The notes under the pieces are model-generated. The model saw nothing but the letters and a program-made list of their open reading frames with translations. It did not search any database and was not told the DNA's origin. This document shows, one piece after another, positions 16,715 to 26,068 of a stretch of DNA of 37,778 bases. A program made the position numbers and the translations under genes. Source of the stretch: a virus; IMG/VR virus record IMGVR_UViG_3300045988_141999, positions 1 to 37,778 of that record; one strand, 5' to 3'. Positions within the stretch are counted from its first letter, which is position 1; every line of letters starts with the position of its first letter.

Positions 16715-17005
16715 CTAGGCCTCCTTCTTGTAATTGCCCTTGAGCTCGGCGCGCTCCAGGGCGGACTTGCTGTCGGAGACGCCGCTGGTGGTCGGGTCGG
16801 TGACGCAGGCCCAGACGGACGTGAGCATCGAGACGACCACGACCGGGTTGCCGAGCGCGGCGGCGATGGTGGAGCCGAGGGCGGCCCACGTGGTCATCTG
16901 CGACCACTCAGCGCCCATGCCGACGATGAGCGGCAGGACCACGGCGCAGGCGAGCTGGGCCAGGAACACGGGGTTCTTGCGTCGAATCTTCCAGTTGATC
17001 TTCAT
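16715..17005 (-). CDS. holin (96 aa, multi-TM)
   Basis: Hydrophobic helices and a charged C-terminus (ERAELKGNYKKEA). Lies immediately upstream of the endolysin. Confidence 0.7.
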   Translation of the reverse strand: MKINWKIRRKNPVFLAQLACAVVLPLIVGMGAEWSQMTTWAALGSTIAAALGNPVVVVSMLTSVWACVTDPTTSGVSDSKSALERAELKGNYKKEA

Positions 17006-17014
17006 GGGGTTCTC

Positions 17015-17359
17015 CTATCCCTTGATGGGCAGCTCGCACATGGCCTCGTACATGGCCGTGCCGCCGCCGTTTCCTCCGTACATCTCGTGGTACAGGTGGT
17101 ACATGCGGTCGATGTCGCGCCTCGCGGCGGGGGTCATCGGCTCGCCCTTGCCCATGTGGACGTGGTACTCGTCCTTAAGGCGGTAATAAAGGAGCAGCTG
17201 CACCACGTCGCGGTCCGCCTTGAGGCGCTGCTCGTACTCGCGCCTGTCGTCCATGCGGTCGCGGTGCGCGGACTTGACGGCGGACACCGCGCCGCCGAGC
17301 AGCGCGGACAGCGCCATGAGCGCGAGCTGCATGAGGAATTGCTCTTGAATCTCGGCCAC
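17015..17359 (-). CDS. membrane protein, lysis-associated (114 aa, N-terminal TM)
   Basis: LMQLALMALSALLGGAVSAV TM helix. Position upstream of the holin. Confidence 0.6.
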   Translation of the reverse strand: MAEIQEQFLMQLALMALSALLGGAVSAVKSAHRDRMDDRREYEQRLKADRDVVQLLLYYRLKDEYHVHMGKGEPMTPAARRDIDRMYHLYHEMYGGNGGGTAMYEAMCELPIKG

Positions 17360-17365
17360 CCCCCG

Positions 17366-18256
17366 TCACGACCACGTGGACCAGTTGCCGGAGAACATCG
17401 GCCTGTGCGCCGGGGGCTGCGAGGAGGAGTCGGGCCATATGAGCTGCGTGCCGTACCCGCCGCTGACGATGCAGATGCCCCAGAGCCTGCCGGACGCGGG
17501 CCACGCGGGGCCGTTCGCCGGCTTGGACTGGCACATGAAGAGGCACGTCTCCTTTACTGAGTTCATGTCGGTCACGTCGTCCAGGAACTTCATCCCGCCG
17601 CCCTGCGCGAGCGCGTCGGACAGGCCCGACACGTCCGCGATGGGGTGGCGGTGAGACTTGGGCGAGAACGCCGCCTTGAGCTTGGTCCACAGATAGGTCA
17701 GGCCCGTGCCGGTCAGGACCGACTCGGAGGTAACGCTGCCTCCGGACGCCACCGCGTCTATCTGGCCGGTCGTGAGGCCCGCGATCTGCGCGGTGGACAT
17801 GCCGACCTTCTCCCACTTGCCGTCGATGTGCATCCACTCGGCGTAGAGGCTGTCCGAGCCGCCCTTGGGGTCCGGCACGAAGTACAGCTTGCCGACCTCG
17901 CCGGGGACGTTCGGCTTGAGGGTGGAGGGGTCGTACTGGCCGCCGGAGAGCTTCACCACCTGGAGGCCCTGCGCCGCCGCGTTGTTGGCCCTCTGGTCCG
18001 CGTCGTTCTTGGCCTGCGCGGCCGCGCGGGCATTCTCCGCCGCCCTGCGGGCCTTCTCGGCCTCGGCGCGGGCGGTCTCGGAGGACTTCCTGCCGCTCTC
18101 AGCCTCGACGCGCGCCGTCTCGTTGGCCTTGCGCTCGGCCTCGGCCTTTCCGTCGCCGCCTGCGATGGGGAACGTCTCGCCGCCGATCTTGACGGCCCAG
18201 ACCTCCCTCACGCCATCCGAGTTGTAGCGCGTGCTCAATTTGTCCTTTGATGCCAT
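17366..18256 (-). CDS. phage structural protein with central Ala/Glu/Arg coiled coil (296 aa)
   Basis: ARVEAESGRKSSETARAEAEKARRAAENARAAAQAKND coiled coil. Lies in the tail module. Confidence 0.65.
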   Translation of the reverse strand: MASKDKLSTRYNSDGVREVWAVKIGGETFPIAGGDGKAEAERKANETARVEAESGRKSSETARAEAEKARRAAENARAAAQAKNDADQRANNAAAQGLQVVKLSGGQYDPSTLKPNVPGEVGKLYFVPDPKGGSDSLYAEWMHIDGKWEKVGMSTAQIAGLTTGQIDAVASGGSVTSESVLTGTGLTYLWTKLKAAFSPKSHRHPIADVSGLSDALAQGGGMKFLDDVTDMNSVKETCLFMCQSKPANGPAWPASGRLWGICIVSGGYGTQLIWPDSSSQPPAHRPMFSGNWSTWS

Positions 18257-18265
18257 TCGGCCTCC

Positions 18266-18544
18266 TTATTTCGTTATGACGGCCACAGCCGTCGTCGTGT
18301 TGCCAGCCGTGACGAGCACGGCGCGGTCGCCCTTCGCGGCGCCGGAGCATGCGGAGGTGCAAGGGACCGTCAAGGACGCCCCGGCCACCTCCACCGCCAT
18401 CTCGCGGCCCGTCATCGACTCGACCGTCCCGTACGTCGTCAGCGTCTGGCTGCGCACCCTGGCCGGGATACAACCGGCGAGCCTGCGCGCCGCCGCGTCG
18501 ATTCGCGCGTCAGCGTCCATGGCCCCTCCCCTCGCACTTGACAA
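18266..18544 (-). CDS. hypothetical tail-module protein (92 aa)
   Basis: ORF in the gene train. Start uncertain (TTG or internal ATG). Confidence 0.45.
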   Translation of the reverse strand: MSSARGGAMDADARIDAAARRLAGCIPARVRSQTLTTYGTVESMTGREMAVEVAGASLTVPCTSACSGAAKGDRAVLVTAGNTTTAVAVITK

Positions 18545-19580
18545 GGCAGCCCGCGCCGAGCGTTATGGCCTGCGTCCTCACGGCGAGACGGTCGCGGACC
18601 CCTCCCGTCGCGTAATCCATGGTCACGACGTCGCCCAGCGAGACAGGCCTGTAAGCGTGAGTGAAGGTGACCCGCCTGATTACCGATTGGTTCGTCCTGA
18701 GCAGCTCGGCCGCCTTGGCGTCGGCACGCTCCTGCGTCGCAGCCTCTCCGTACTCGTACCTGGCCGCGATTCGTCGGCCCAGCGAGACGGTGGAGAACGG
18801 CGATGCCGGGTCCGCGTCCACCGCGGTCCCGACCGTCGTGGATTCCTGGTCGCTGTACACGACGACCACCACGTTCGCGACGCCCGACGCGTCCAGCTCG
18901 TCGGTCATCGTACGGAGGAACCGCGCGTCGCGGCCCTCGGCGAAAGAGCAGGCGGGCGCCCGGTCGGCAGGGTTCTCGTACCTGCGCATGACGACTCGCC
19001 CCATCGGGTCGGTCGCCGCCGACGAGAAGCCCGCGATCTCGAGCAGGTCGTTCACCGCGTCGAGTTTGCTATCTCCGCCCTCGTTGTCGAGTCCGAACGT
19101 CCAGGCCGTCGAGAGGCGGTAGGTCGATGCGTCGGCGATCACGTCGAGCCCGGCCCCGCGCGCTATCTCTGCGGCCTTCGCCACGGGGTCGGCGCCCGAC
19201 GGCACCGACACGGGGCGCTCGAACTGGTCCTGCGCCAACTCGCCGAGTCGGCCCGTCAGCTCGACCTTGCACGTGGAAACCGCCCCCTCCACGTCGCGGG
19301 ATGTCGTGGAGGGCAGGAAGGTGCCGAGCGGGACCGATGCCGACCAGCCCGTGTACATGCCCGTGGCGTCCAGGTAGACGCGCACGAGGTCGGCGCCGAG
19401 GTCGAGCGGCCCGCTGTGGACGACCGACCCCTTTTCCTTCACCTGGGTATCGGCGTTTCGCTCGATGGACCCGCCGTCGAGGAAGCCCGCGAGCCTGGCC
19501 GTCTCGGCTCCGCTGGAGCGCGACACGCGCATGAAGCGGTACTCGCTGTGGAAGGGCTCCGACCAATCGACCTCAGCCAT
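18510..19580 (-). CDS. tail-associated protein (Tal-like / prophage-tail N-terminal domain)
   Basis: 356 aa. Lies directly after the Dit-like gene in the canonical siphovirus order. Confidence 0.55.
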   Translation of the reverse strand: MAEVDWSEPFHSEYRFMRVSRSSGAETARLAGFLDGGSIERNADTQVKEKGSVVHSGPLDLGADLVRVYLDATGMYTGWSASVPLGTFLPSTTSRDVEGAVSTCKVELTGRLGELAQDQFERPVSVPSGADPVAKAAEIARGAGLDVIADASTYRLSTAWTFGLDNEGGDSKLDAVNDLLEIAGFSSAATDPMGRVVMRRYENPADRAPACSFAEGRDARFLRTMTDELDASGVANVVVVVYSDQESTTVGTAVDADPASPFSTVSLGRRIAARYEYGEAATQERADAKAAELLRTNQSVIRRVTFTHAYRPVSLGDVVTMDYATGGVRDRLAVRTQAITLGAGCLVKCEGRGHGR

Positions 19581-21756
19581 CCCACGCCTCCCTCCACGCG
19601 GTCTCGGTGAGCGACAGGTTCACGCCCGCCACGTCGCGCGGAACGCCCCCAGACAACCCGAGGCCAATCGCGCACAGCGCGCGGCGCCCGTGCGGGTCGC
19701 GGACCCACGCCACCGCATGGCGGCGGGCCAGCGCGTCCAGCGCGTCGTGGTCCTCCCTGCCGAGCGCGGTCGCCGACAGCGATCCCTTGATGGATGCCGA
19801 TCCCGTGGTGTACGCGGTCGGCAGTCCGCCCGCCTCGCCTCCGTCGGCGAAATCCATGAGCTCTGTCGAGAGCTCGTAGTCGCGGCTCCACTCCACGTCG
19901 TATTTGAGCGGCATGAAGCCGGACGCGGCCCGGCCGAAGTTGATGGCCACGGCGTCGGCGTCGATGGTGACGGGGAGCTCGAGCGTCGTCGCCGTGCCGA
20001 TGTCGCCGTAGGCGGTCACCAGGTAGCGGAATGGCGTGCCGAGCGGCGGCAGCGGGTCGCGGACCGCGGAGCCGTCCTCAACCCCGGACGCGACGAGCCA
20101 CCGACCGCCGTCCGGTGCGACGCGGGTGACCGAGACCGATTCCGTCGCCATGACGCCGCCAAACTCAACCGTCCCGTCCGCCGCCGCCTCGAGGCCGGAC
20201 GTCACGGGAATGCCGTCATCGTCGATCAGGCGCTCGGGGCCGACCAGCGTCAGCTCGTCGACGAGCCACGCGCTACCGCCCCGGTACACGGTGATGTCGA
20301 TGCCGAGCCCGTCCGTGACCGACCACGACGCCTCGGGTATGGCCGGCGCGGCGTAATCCGTCGCGAAGACTCGCACGGCCGAGCCGGTTAACGTGGAGCC
20401 GGCCCGCACGGTCACCTCGACGCGGAACGTCCGGGCGTTGCCCGGGAGGTAGGTCGCGTCGCCGAGCTGGTACGAGCGCTCGCCGCCGCCCAGCTCGACC
20501 GAGTGGAGGACGCCGCCGTCGGCGCCGAGCAGCCTGAGCGACTGCGACGAGACGCCGCTCGGGTCCACCACGTCCCACCTGACCTCGAGCGGCAGCGAGT
20601 CGACGACCGACGAGTCGGTGGCGGGGCTCGTTATCTCTACGACCGGGGCCGATGCGGCGGTGACCTCGATGCGGTCCGACCAGTCGCCCCATTCAGAGTG
20701 GACGCCGTGCGTGCGCACCCTGACGCCCCACCTGCCGGGCTTCCCGAACTCGACATCGGTGGAGAGCGCCCCGCCGTCCACCCTCGTCACGGTCGAGGAG
20801 CCGAGCGGGTCCGACACCTCCACCTCGGCCATGCTCTGCTGCGAGCCGTCCGAGTGGTTAGGCTCCCATCCGACGGATGCGGACGAGCCGACCTCGACTA
20901 TGGGCGCGAGGCCGAGCACCGTCGGCCTGCCCGGCTTGGCCACGTCGGTGATCTCGCGGCTCTCCACCCAACCGGACCACCGGCTGCCGCGCCCGGCCCT
21001 GAGCCTGTAGCGGTTCCTCGGGCCGGACAGCCGCATCTCGACCGGCAGCATCCTGCTGCTCGCGCGCTCCGACCAGTTGGCGCCGTCAGCGCTGCGCTCG
21101 ACCTCGTACGCATCGGCCCACGGCGATCCGTCCTCGACCGTCACCTGCGCCCTGCCGGCCGCTACGGCGCGCGCCGTCACCTCGAAACCGCCGGCTGGCG
21201 AGGTGTAGACGCTGCCTGACGCCGCGTAGCCGGAATAGAGCCCGTCCATCGTGCGCGACCTGACGCGGTACGCGTACCTGTGGCCGGCGCTCACACCGTT
21301 GTCGTCGTGATTTGTCCTCGGGCCTCCGAGCGTCGCGATCTGGACCCACTCGCCGGAGTCCGTGCGCCGCTCGAGGCAGACGGCGTGCCACATGCGGTAC
21401 GCGTTGCCGGTGAGCGGCCAGGAGACGCGGACGAGCGAGTCGGACACATAGGCGGCGTGGCAGGATGATGGGGCCGCAGGCGTCGTGTAAACGGTCCCGG
21501 ACGAGCCCGAAGAGCCGCCTATCTCGACGATGTACGAGTAGGAGTGGTCTGGTCCGACGGACGTGTCGAGCCATGTGCCGTCACCCGCCGGGGCGGTCGC
21601 CACGACCTGCGGGGTAGCTTCGCGCGGCGGCGCGTCCGTCAGGCGGTACACCGTGGCGGTTCCGGCCGCGCCGGACCACCCGTCCCAGCTGACGCGCACG
21701 GCGTTGTCGGACTCGCGCGCCGCGGTAACGGACAGCGAGTCGCGCATGTTGGCCAT
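19573..21756 (-). CDS. distal tail protein with multiple fibronectin type III-like repeats (727 aa)
   Basis: Repeated VRVSW ... Y.YRVRS / RYRLRA FN3-like signatures. Immediately downstream of the tape measure gene. Confidence 0.7.
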   Translation of the reverse strand: MANMRDSLSVTAARESDNAVRVSWDGWSGAAGTATVYRLTDAPPREATPQVVATAPAGDGTWLDTSVGPDHSYSYIVEIGGSSGSSGTVYTTPAAPSSCHAAYVSDSLVRVSWPLTGNAYRMWHAVCLERRTDSGEWVQIATLGGPRTNHDDNGVSAGHRYAYRVRSRTMDGLYSGYAASGSVYTSPAGGFEVTARAVAAGRAQVTVEDGSPWADAYEVERSADGANWSERASSRMLPVEMRLSGPRNRYRLRAGRGSRWSGWVESREITDVAKPGRPTVLGLAPIVEVGSSASVGWEPNHSDGSQQSMAEVEVSDPLGSSTVTRVDGGALSTDVEFGKPGRWGVRVRTHGVHSEWGDWSDRIEVTAASAPVVEITSPATDSSVVDSLPLEVRWDVVDPSGVSSQSLRLLGADGGVLHSVELGGGERSYQLGDATYLPGNARTFRVEVTVRAGSTLTGSAVRVFATDYAAPAIPEASWSVTDGLGIDITVYRGGSAWLVDELTLVGPERLIDDDGIPVTSGLEAAADGTVEFGGVMATESVSVTRVAPDGGRWLVASGVEDGSAVRDPLPPLGTPFRYLVTAYGDIGTATTLELPVTIDADAVAINFGRAASGFMPLKYDVEWSRDYELSTELMDFADGGEAGGLPTAYTTGSASIKGSLSATALGREDHDALDALARRHAVAWVRDPHGRRALCAIGLGLSGGVPRDVAGVNLSLTETAWREAWDG

Positions 21757-21765
21757 TTGTCCTCC

Positions 21766-23829
21766 TTACGAGTAGCTCGCGACCACGACGTCGACGAAGC
21801 GCTCCATGGCGTCCGCGACGCGGTCGTCGACGTGCAGGGCGCGGCCGTCGAGGTAGACGTTGTACGTCGGGGAGCCTTGATGCGGGTCTTTGGCGACCGC
21901 GATGGCACCGCCGCTTATCGAGCAGGCGGCTGAAATCTCTGCGCTGCGCGATCCGATGAAGCCCTCGACATCGCCCCAGCCCGCAGTCATGCCGTCCAGA
22001 AGGCCGCGCATTATCAGCTCGCCGTTCTCCACAAGCATCACGGCGTCGTAGCTCGGCGGTCCCTTGTGGCTCACGATCCAGTCGCCGATTCCGCCGACGA
22101 AGTTCTTCACGTTCTCGAAGGCCGACTCGATACCGCGCTTAAGGCCGTTCATGATCGATTCACCGGCGGAGACGAGCCACTTGCCCGCGTCGGAGAAGAA
22201 GCCGGTTATCTTGTCCTTGATCCCGGTAACGGTCTTGTAGACGTTGTCGACGCCGGTCTTGGCGGCGCCCTTGATGCCGTCCCAAATCTGCGAGAAGAGC
22301 GACTTGATTCCGTTCCAGCACGAGTCCCACGTGCTCTTGATCGAGTCGAGGACCGAGCTGATTACGCCCTTGGCCGCGTTGATGCCAGCCGTGACGATGG
22401 ACTTGATCGCCTCCCAGACGGTCTGCCCGACCGCCTTGATGCCGTTCCACGCGCCCTCCCAGTCGCCCTTGATTGCGGCGAGGACGGTCCCGATGACCGC
22501 TTTGACCACGTTCATCGCGGTTGTTATGACGCCCTGGATGACCGGCCAGACGGCGTTGACGACATTGCCCATCGCCTCGCAAGCAGACGTAACTGCCTGC
22601 TGAATTGCCGGCCACACCTCGGCCGCTGCGGCCTTTATGCCATCCCACGCAGCCAGGACGGTCGCCCTGAACTGCTCGTTCGTGTTGAACGCGACCACGA
22701 GCCCGGCGCACAGCGCCGCGATTGCGGCGACGACGAGAGCAATCGGGTTCGCGGCCAACGTCGCGAAAAGCCCGCTGGCAGACGTCTTGACGATTGACAT
22801 CACGTTCGAGAGGCTGCCGAGCTGCGTCATGAGCGCGGAAACGAAGTTCGCCGCCTTGAACGCGGCGAAAGCAGCGGTGACCGACGCGACGGCGGGGGCG
22901 ATGAGGCCGATGTTGTCCGCGACGAACCCGGCGCCCGTCACGATTGTGCTGAATGCTCCTTCAACGACGGGAACGAGGCCGTTAACAACTCCGGTGATGG
23001 TCGGCTGGAGCTTCGCCATCACGTCGGAGATGCCGCCGACCGCCGCCGCCCTGAGGTTGCCGAACGCGCCCTCGAAGGTCGCAGTAGATTTCGCGGCCTT
23101 GACAGCCGCCTCATCGAAGCCCAAATCCAGGATTGCCTGGTTGAACTCCTCGGCGGAAATCTCGCCCTTCTCCATGGCGTCGCGGAAGTTCCCCGTGTAG
23201 GCGCCGTTCTTGAGCATCGCCTCCTGGAGCTTGCCCGATGCGCCGGGGATGGCGTCCGCGAGCTGGTTCCAGTTCTCGGTGGTGAGCTTGCCCGCGCCAG
23301 CGGTCTGCGTGAGCACCATGCCGACGCTTGAGAAGGTTTCGGCGTTGCCGCCAGCGACGGCGTTGAGGTTGCCTGCCGCCTCGGCGAGCTTGTCGTAGTC
23401 CTTGACGGAATTGGCCGCGAGCTGCGCGGTGATGTTCTGGATGTCCGACAGCGAGTACACCGTATCGTCGGCGTACTTGCGCGTGCTCTTGCTCAGCGCC
23501 TCAATCTCTGGCGCCCCGAGACCAGCGAAGTCGAGTGTGGATTTGAATTTCTTTGTCGCGTCGGTCGCGCGGCCAGCTTCGCCGACGAGCTGCGAGAACC
23601 CGATGGCGGCGAGAGCGGGGCCAGCGACCTTGGCGATGCCGCCGATGGCGGACATGATTCCGCCGCCCCCGCTCTTCGCGCCCTCGGCCAGGCCGTCACC
23701 GAGCTGCTTGCCCATCTTCTTGCCAGACGGGTCGATGTTCACGCCGTCAAGCTCGCTTTGTATGCGTTTGCCAGCGCCCTTGAGCGTCGGAATCAATGAG
23801 AGGTACGCGGTCGCCAACTCAGTCGCCAT
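21766..23829 (-). CDS. tape measure protein (687 aa)
   Basis: Gly/Ala-rich helical protein with periodic W..IK repeats (AWDGIKAA, AWNGIKAV, CWNGIKSL, IWDGIKGA). Follows the G/GT chaperones. Confidence 0.9.
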   Translation of the reverse strand: MATELATAYLSLIPTLKGAGKRIQSELDGVNIDPSGKKMGKQLGDGLAEGAKSGGGGIMSAIGGIAKVAGPALAAIGFSQLVGEAGRATDATKKFKSTLDFAGLGAPEIEALSKSTRKYADDTVYSLSDIQNITAQLAANSVKDYDKLAEAAGNLNAVAGGNAETFSSVGMVLTQTAGAGKLTTENWNQLADAIPGASGKLQEAMLKNGAYTGNFRDAMEKGEISAEEFNQAILDLGFDEAAVKAAKSTATFEGAFGNLRAAAVGGISDVMAKLQPTITGVVNGLVPVVEGAFSTIVTGAGFVADNIGLIAPAVASVTAAFAAFKAANFVSALMTQLGSLSNVMSIVKTSASGLFATLAANPIALVVAAIAALCAGLVVAFNTNEQFRATVLAAWDGIKAAAAEVWPAIQQAVTSACEAMGNVVNAVWPVIQGVITTAMNVVKAVIGTVLAAIKGDWEGAWNGIKAVGQTVWEAIKSIVTAGINAAKGVISSVLDSIKSTWDSCWNGIKSLFSQIWDGIKGAAKTGVDNVYKTVTGIKDKITGFFSDAGKWLVSAGESIMNGLKRGIESAFENVKNFVGGIGDWIVSHKGPPSYDAVMLVENGELIMRGLLDGMTAGWGDVEGFIGSRSAEISAACSISGGAIAVAKDPHQGSPTYNVYLDGRALHVDDRVADAMERFVDVVVASYS

Positions 23830-24498
23830 CGGCCACCTCCGTGAATCCTAGCTTCCGATTGATGAAGTCCAAATCGGTCGCTTGCAACTTGCGCTCCACC
23901 CTCACGCGGTCAGCGGGCGTCGGGAGCGGCTTCGGGGGCCTGCGCCCCTTCGCCCCGTCCTCGGTCGATTGCCACGCGATGACGCGCAGCGTGTGCTCGA
24001 TGCGCCAGAGCAGGTAGTCCGTCGCGCACCACTCGGCCTCGGGGCTCTGGGAGCGAGCCGTCCTGCTGTCGGCGGGAAGCTGCTCCATGAGGACGGCGGC
24101 GTGGCGGCGGCTGTAGTCGGTCCCCATACGGTCCAGGTCCAGGCCGTAGTACTGCTGGAAATCGGCTCGGAGCTCGTCTCCCCACCGCTTTAGCGCAAGT
24201 GCAAGCCCGATTAGTTTTTTGCGTTGACGGCCTCGATGACGGATGCCATGAAGGTGCTCATGACCTCGTTGGTCAGCTTGCCGCCGTGCCTGGCTCGCAG
24301 CTCGCGCTTGATGCGCGGGAAGTCGCTGCCGAAGACGAGGCGGTACATCTTCACCGCTGCGGCGGTCTTGGCGCCGTCGTCGGCGTCCTCGTCGTAGAGG
24401 TCGGCGATGCACTCCGTGATCTCGAAATCGTCGAAGGCGTCCGCCGTGACCTCCACCTTGATGCCGTCAACCATGGTCGGCTTGTCGGGCTTCGCCAT
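23819..24498 (-). CDS. tail assembly chaperone gpGT fusion via programmed -1 ribosomal frameshift
   Basis: The -1 frame continues KKLIGLALALKRWGDELRADFQQYYGLDLDRMGTDY... down to 23819, overlapping the tape measure start. Confidence 0.65.
24211..24498 (-). CDS. tail assembly chaperone (gpG-like, 95 aa)
   Basis: Acidic small protein between the major tail and tape measure genes. Ends ...VNAKN with an A AAA AAC slippery site. Confidence 0.8.
   Translation of the reverse strand: MAKPDKPTMVDGIKVEVTADAFDDFEITECIADLYDEDADDGAKTAAAVKMYRLVFGSDFPRIKRELRARHGGKLTNEVMSTFMASVIEAVNAKN
24214..24220 (-). promoter_or_regulatory. slippery heptamer A AAA AAC for the -1 frameshift, immediately before the gpG stop
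   Basis: Read as GCA AAA AAC TAA on the minus strand. Confidence 0.7.
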
Positions 24499-24501
24499 GC
24501 T

Positions 24502-25083
24502 CTACTCCCCCGTCTCGGTGGACTCGAACCAGTCGGTGTAGTAATCGCCGCTGGTCGCGTCCTTGTACGCGGTGAAAGTGGTCTCGCGGCCGAACAGCTC
24601 GCCCGCCTTGACGTTCAGGTCACCGAGCTCGGTTGCCTGCGCGTCGTGGATGAGGCGGCGCCAGCGGCGACCGTTCTTAAGCACGCACTCGGCGACGTAG
24701 ATGGCGCGCTCGGGGTCATCGCCCTTGACGTGGACGGTGAGCTTGCCAGCCGTGTCCTCCACGTTCTTCTCGCCGTACTGCACGGCAAGCGTGCCCTTCT
24801 TGACCTCGGCAAGCGTCGCGGTGAAGGTTTCGGAATGAGAGGACTTGGCGGAATGGATGGTCTCGCCGTTCATATCCTTGATTTCCTCGCGGTCGCTCTC
24901 AGTCGAGAACGTCAGACCGTCTTCGGACAGGAAGCCCAGAACCTTGAACGCGGGGTCGAGTGATCCGTCAAGGTCGGTGGGCTTGGTGGAGCCGAGCGGG
25001 GCGCGGAAGAGGTAGCCGCCCGCAAGGCCCGTGCCGTCGGAGACGTTGTTCACGTCGTTCTTATTGGCTTCGGATTTAGCCAT
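24502..25083 (-). CDS. major tail protein (193 aa, start MAKSEANKND)
   Basis: GGAGG RBS upstream of the ATG at 25081-25083. Located just before the chaperone pair. The track ORF's 5' extension is Arg-rich junk. Confidence 0.8.
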   Translation of the reverse strand: MAKSEANKNDVNNVSDGTGLAGGYLFRAPLGSTKPTDLDGSLDPAFKVLGFLSEDGLTFSTESDREEIKDMNGETIHSAKSSHSETFTATLAEVKKGTLAVQYGEKNVEDTAGKLTVHVKGDDPERAIYVAECVLKNGRRWRRLIHDAQATELGDLNVKAGELFGRETTFTAYKDATSGDYYTDWFESTETGE

Positions 25084-25093
25084 GTGTACCTCC

Positions 25094-25118
25094 AAAAAAG
25101 AAGCCCGCTCGCGCGGGC
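25094..25118 (-). terminator. intrinsic terminator-like hairpin GCCCGCGCGAGCGGGC + TTCTTTTTT just upstream of the major tail protein RBS
   Basis: Perfect 6-bp GC stem and a U-run, read on the minus strand. Confidence 0.55.
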
Positions 25119-25120
25119 CG

Positions 25121-25462
25121 TCAGTAGGTGATTTGTATGAGCGCCTGGTAGCGCGGGGTGCCGCTTTCGATGTCATCGAATCGGTAGCCTCCCTCCAACG
25201 TCGCGGAACCGATGGGGCCGCTCGCATAGCAGATTGACGGCAGCTTTGCGGCCAGCGCGTCGAACAACTCGCGCGCACGCCTGCGGGTCGCCGCCCAGCA
25301 CTGCACGGCGATGGTGGAGGTTGCGAGAGCGCCGGAGTGAGCCGTGGCCGTGGCCGTCAGCTCCAAGCTGTAGAACACGGCGGGGCGCGTCTCGGGAACG
25401 TCGATGTAGACCTCGGCGGGCAACTCGCCCAGCACGCGGCGGAACTCCCTCTCCACGTCCAT
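25121..25462 (-). CDS. tail completion / tail terminator protein (113 aa)
   Basis: Position between the neck genes and the major tail protein. Confidence 0.55.
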   Translation of the reverse strand: MDVEREFRRVLGELPAEVYIDVPETRPAVFYSLELTATATAHSGALATSTIAVQCWAATRRRARELFDALAAKLPSICYASGPIGSATLEGGYRFDDIESGTPRYQALIQITY

Positions 25463-25737
25463 CAGCGACCAGCCCCCAATGCCTTGATCAGCGTGTTGTG
25501 CTTGTTGTTGTTATTGACGCCGTGCGGCGATGCGGTGCCGACGATGCAGCGGGCGCGGTTCATGCCGTTCTCGGTGTTCGCCGAGAACGGAGGGTTGCGC
25601 AACGTGTCGGCGCTCGCCATGCCGTTTGCCGCGCGCGCGATGGACTGCCCGCGTCGGTCGAGTTCGGCTGACACCGCCCCGCTCATGAGGATGGCGCGGG
25701 CGCCCGCCGAGTTGATGCGGACCTTCGTCTTACCCAT
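25462..25737 (-). CDS. HK97 gp10-like neck protein (about 91 aa, start MGKTKVRINSAG)
   Basis: ATG at 25735-25737. The track's 5' extension is Arg/Ser-rich junk. Confidence 0.55.
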   Translation of the reverse strand: MGKTKVRINSAGARAILMSGAVSAELDRRGQSIARAANGMASADTLRNPPFSANTENGMNRARCIVGTASPHGVNNNNKHNTLIKALGAGR

Positions 25738-26068
25738 CGACGCGCTCCACCTCCACCTGCATCCAGAACCGCGTCGGGCAGTCCTCGCGGCACGGCTGCG
25801 GGTCTCCCATAACGCGGTACTCGCGGCCATGGATGACGATGCGGCAGTTGCGGAGCGGCTTGTCATAGCCCTTCGGGAAGGCCAGCGTATAGGCCACCCG
25901 GTCTGCGTCGGGGCGCGCGTTGGCCGCACTGTCGGCGGTCGCGCCCGGACACACGAGAACGTTCTGCACGGTCTCGCGCTCGGTCGATTCGACGCGCTCG
26001 CCGTCCACGTAGGACACCTTGACTCGGATGACCTCCACGCTCTGCCCCCTGAGCAGCCCGCGAATCAT
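25730..26068 (-). CDS. head closure / head-tail adaptor protein (112 aa, start MIRGLLRGQSVEV)
   Basis: Internal ATG at 26066-26068. The upstream part of the track ORF is Arg/His-rich junk. Confidence 0.6.
   Translation of the reverse strand: MIRGLLRGQSVEVIRVKVSYVDGERVESTERETVQNVLVCPGATADSAANARPDADRVAYTLAFPKGYDKPLRNCRIVIHGREYRVMGDPQPCREDCPTRFWMQVEVERVDG

Noticed and set aside
16057-17837. ORFs 16057..16704, 16547..17560 (+), 16449..16907 and 17175..17837 (-)
   Set aside because: They are antisense or off-frame to the amidase, holin and structural genes and have low-complexity Arg/Gly-rich translations.
19465-21574. Plus-strand ORFs 19465..20391 and 20503..21219, and Arg-rich minus ORFs 20273..20692 and 21086..21574
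   Set aside because: They lie inside the FN3-repeat tail protein gene in other frames. They are frame artefacts.
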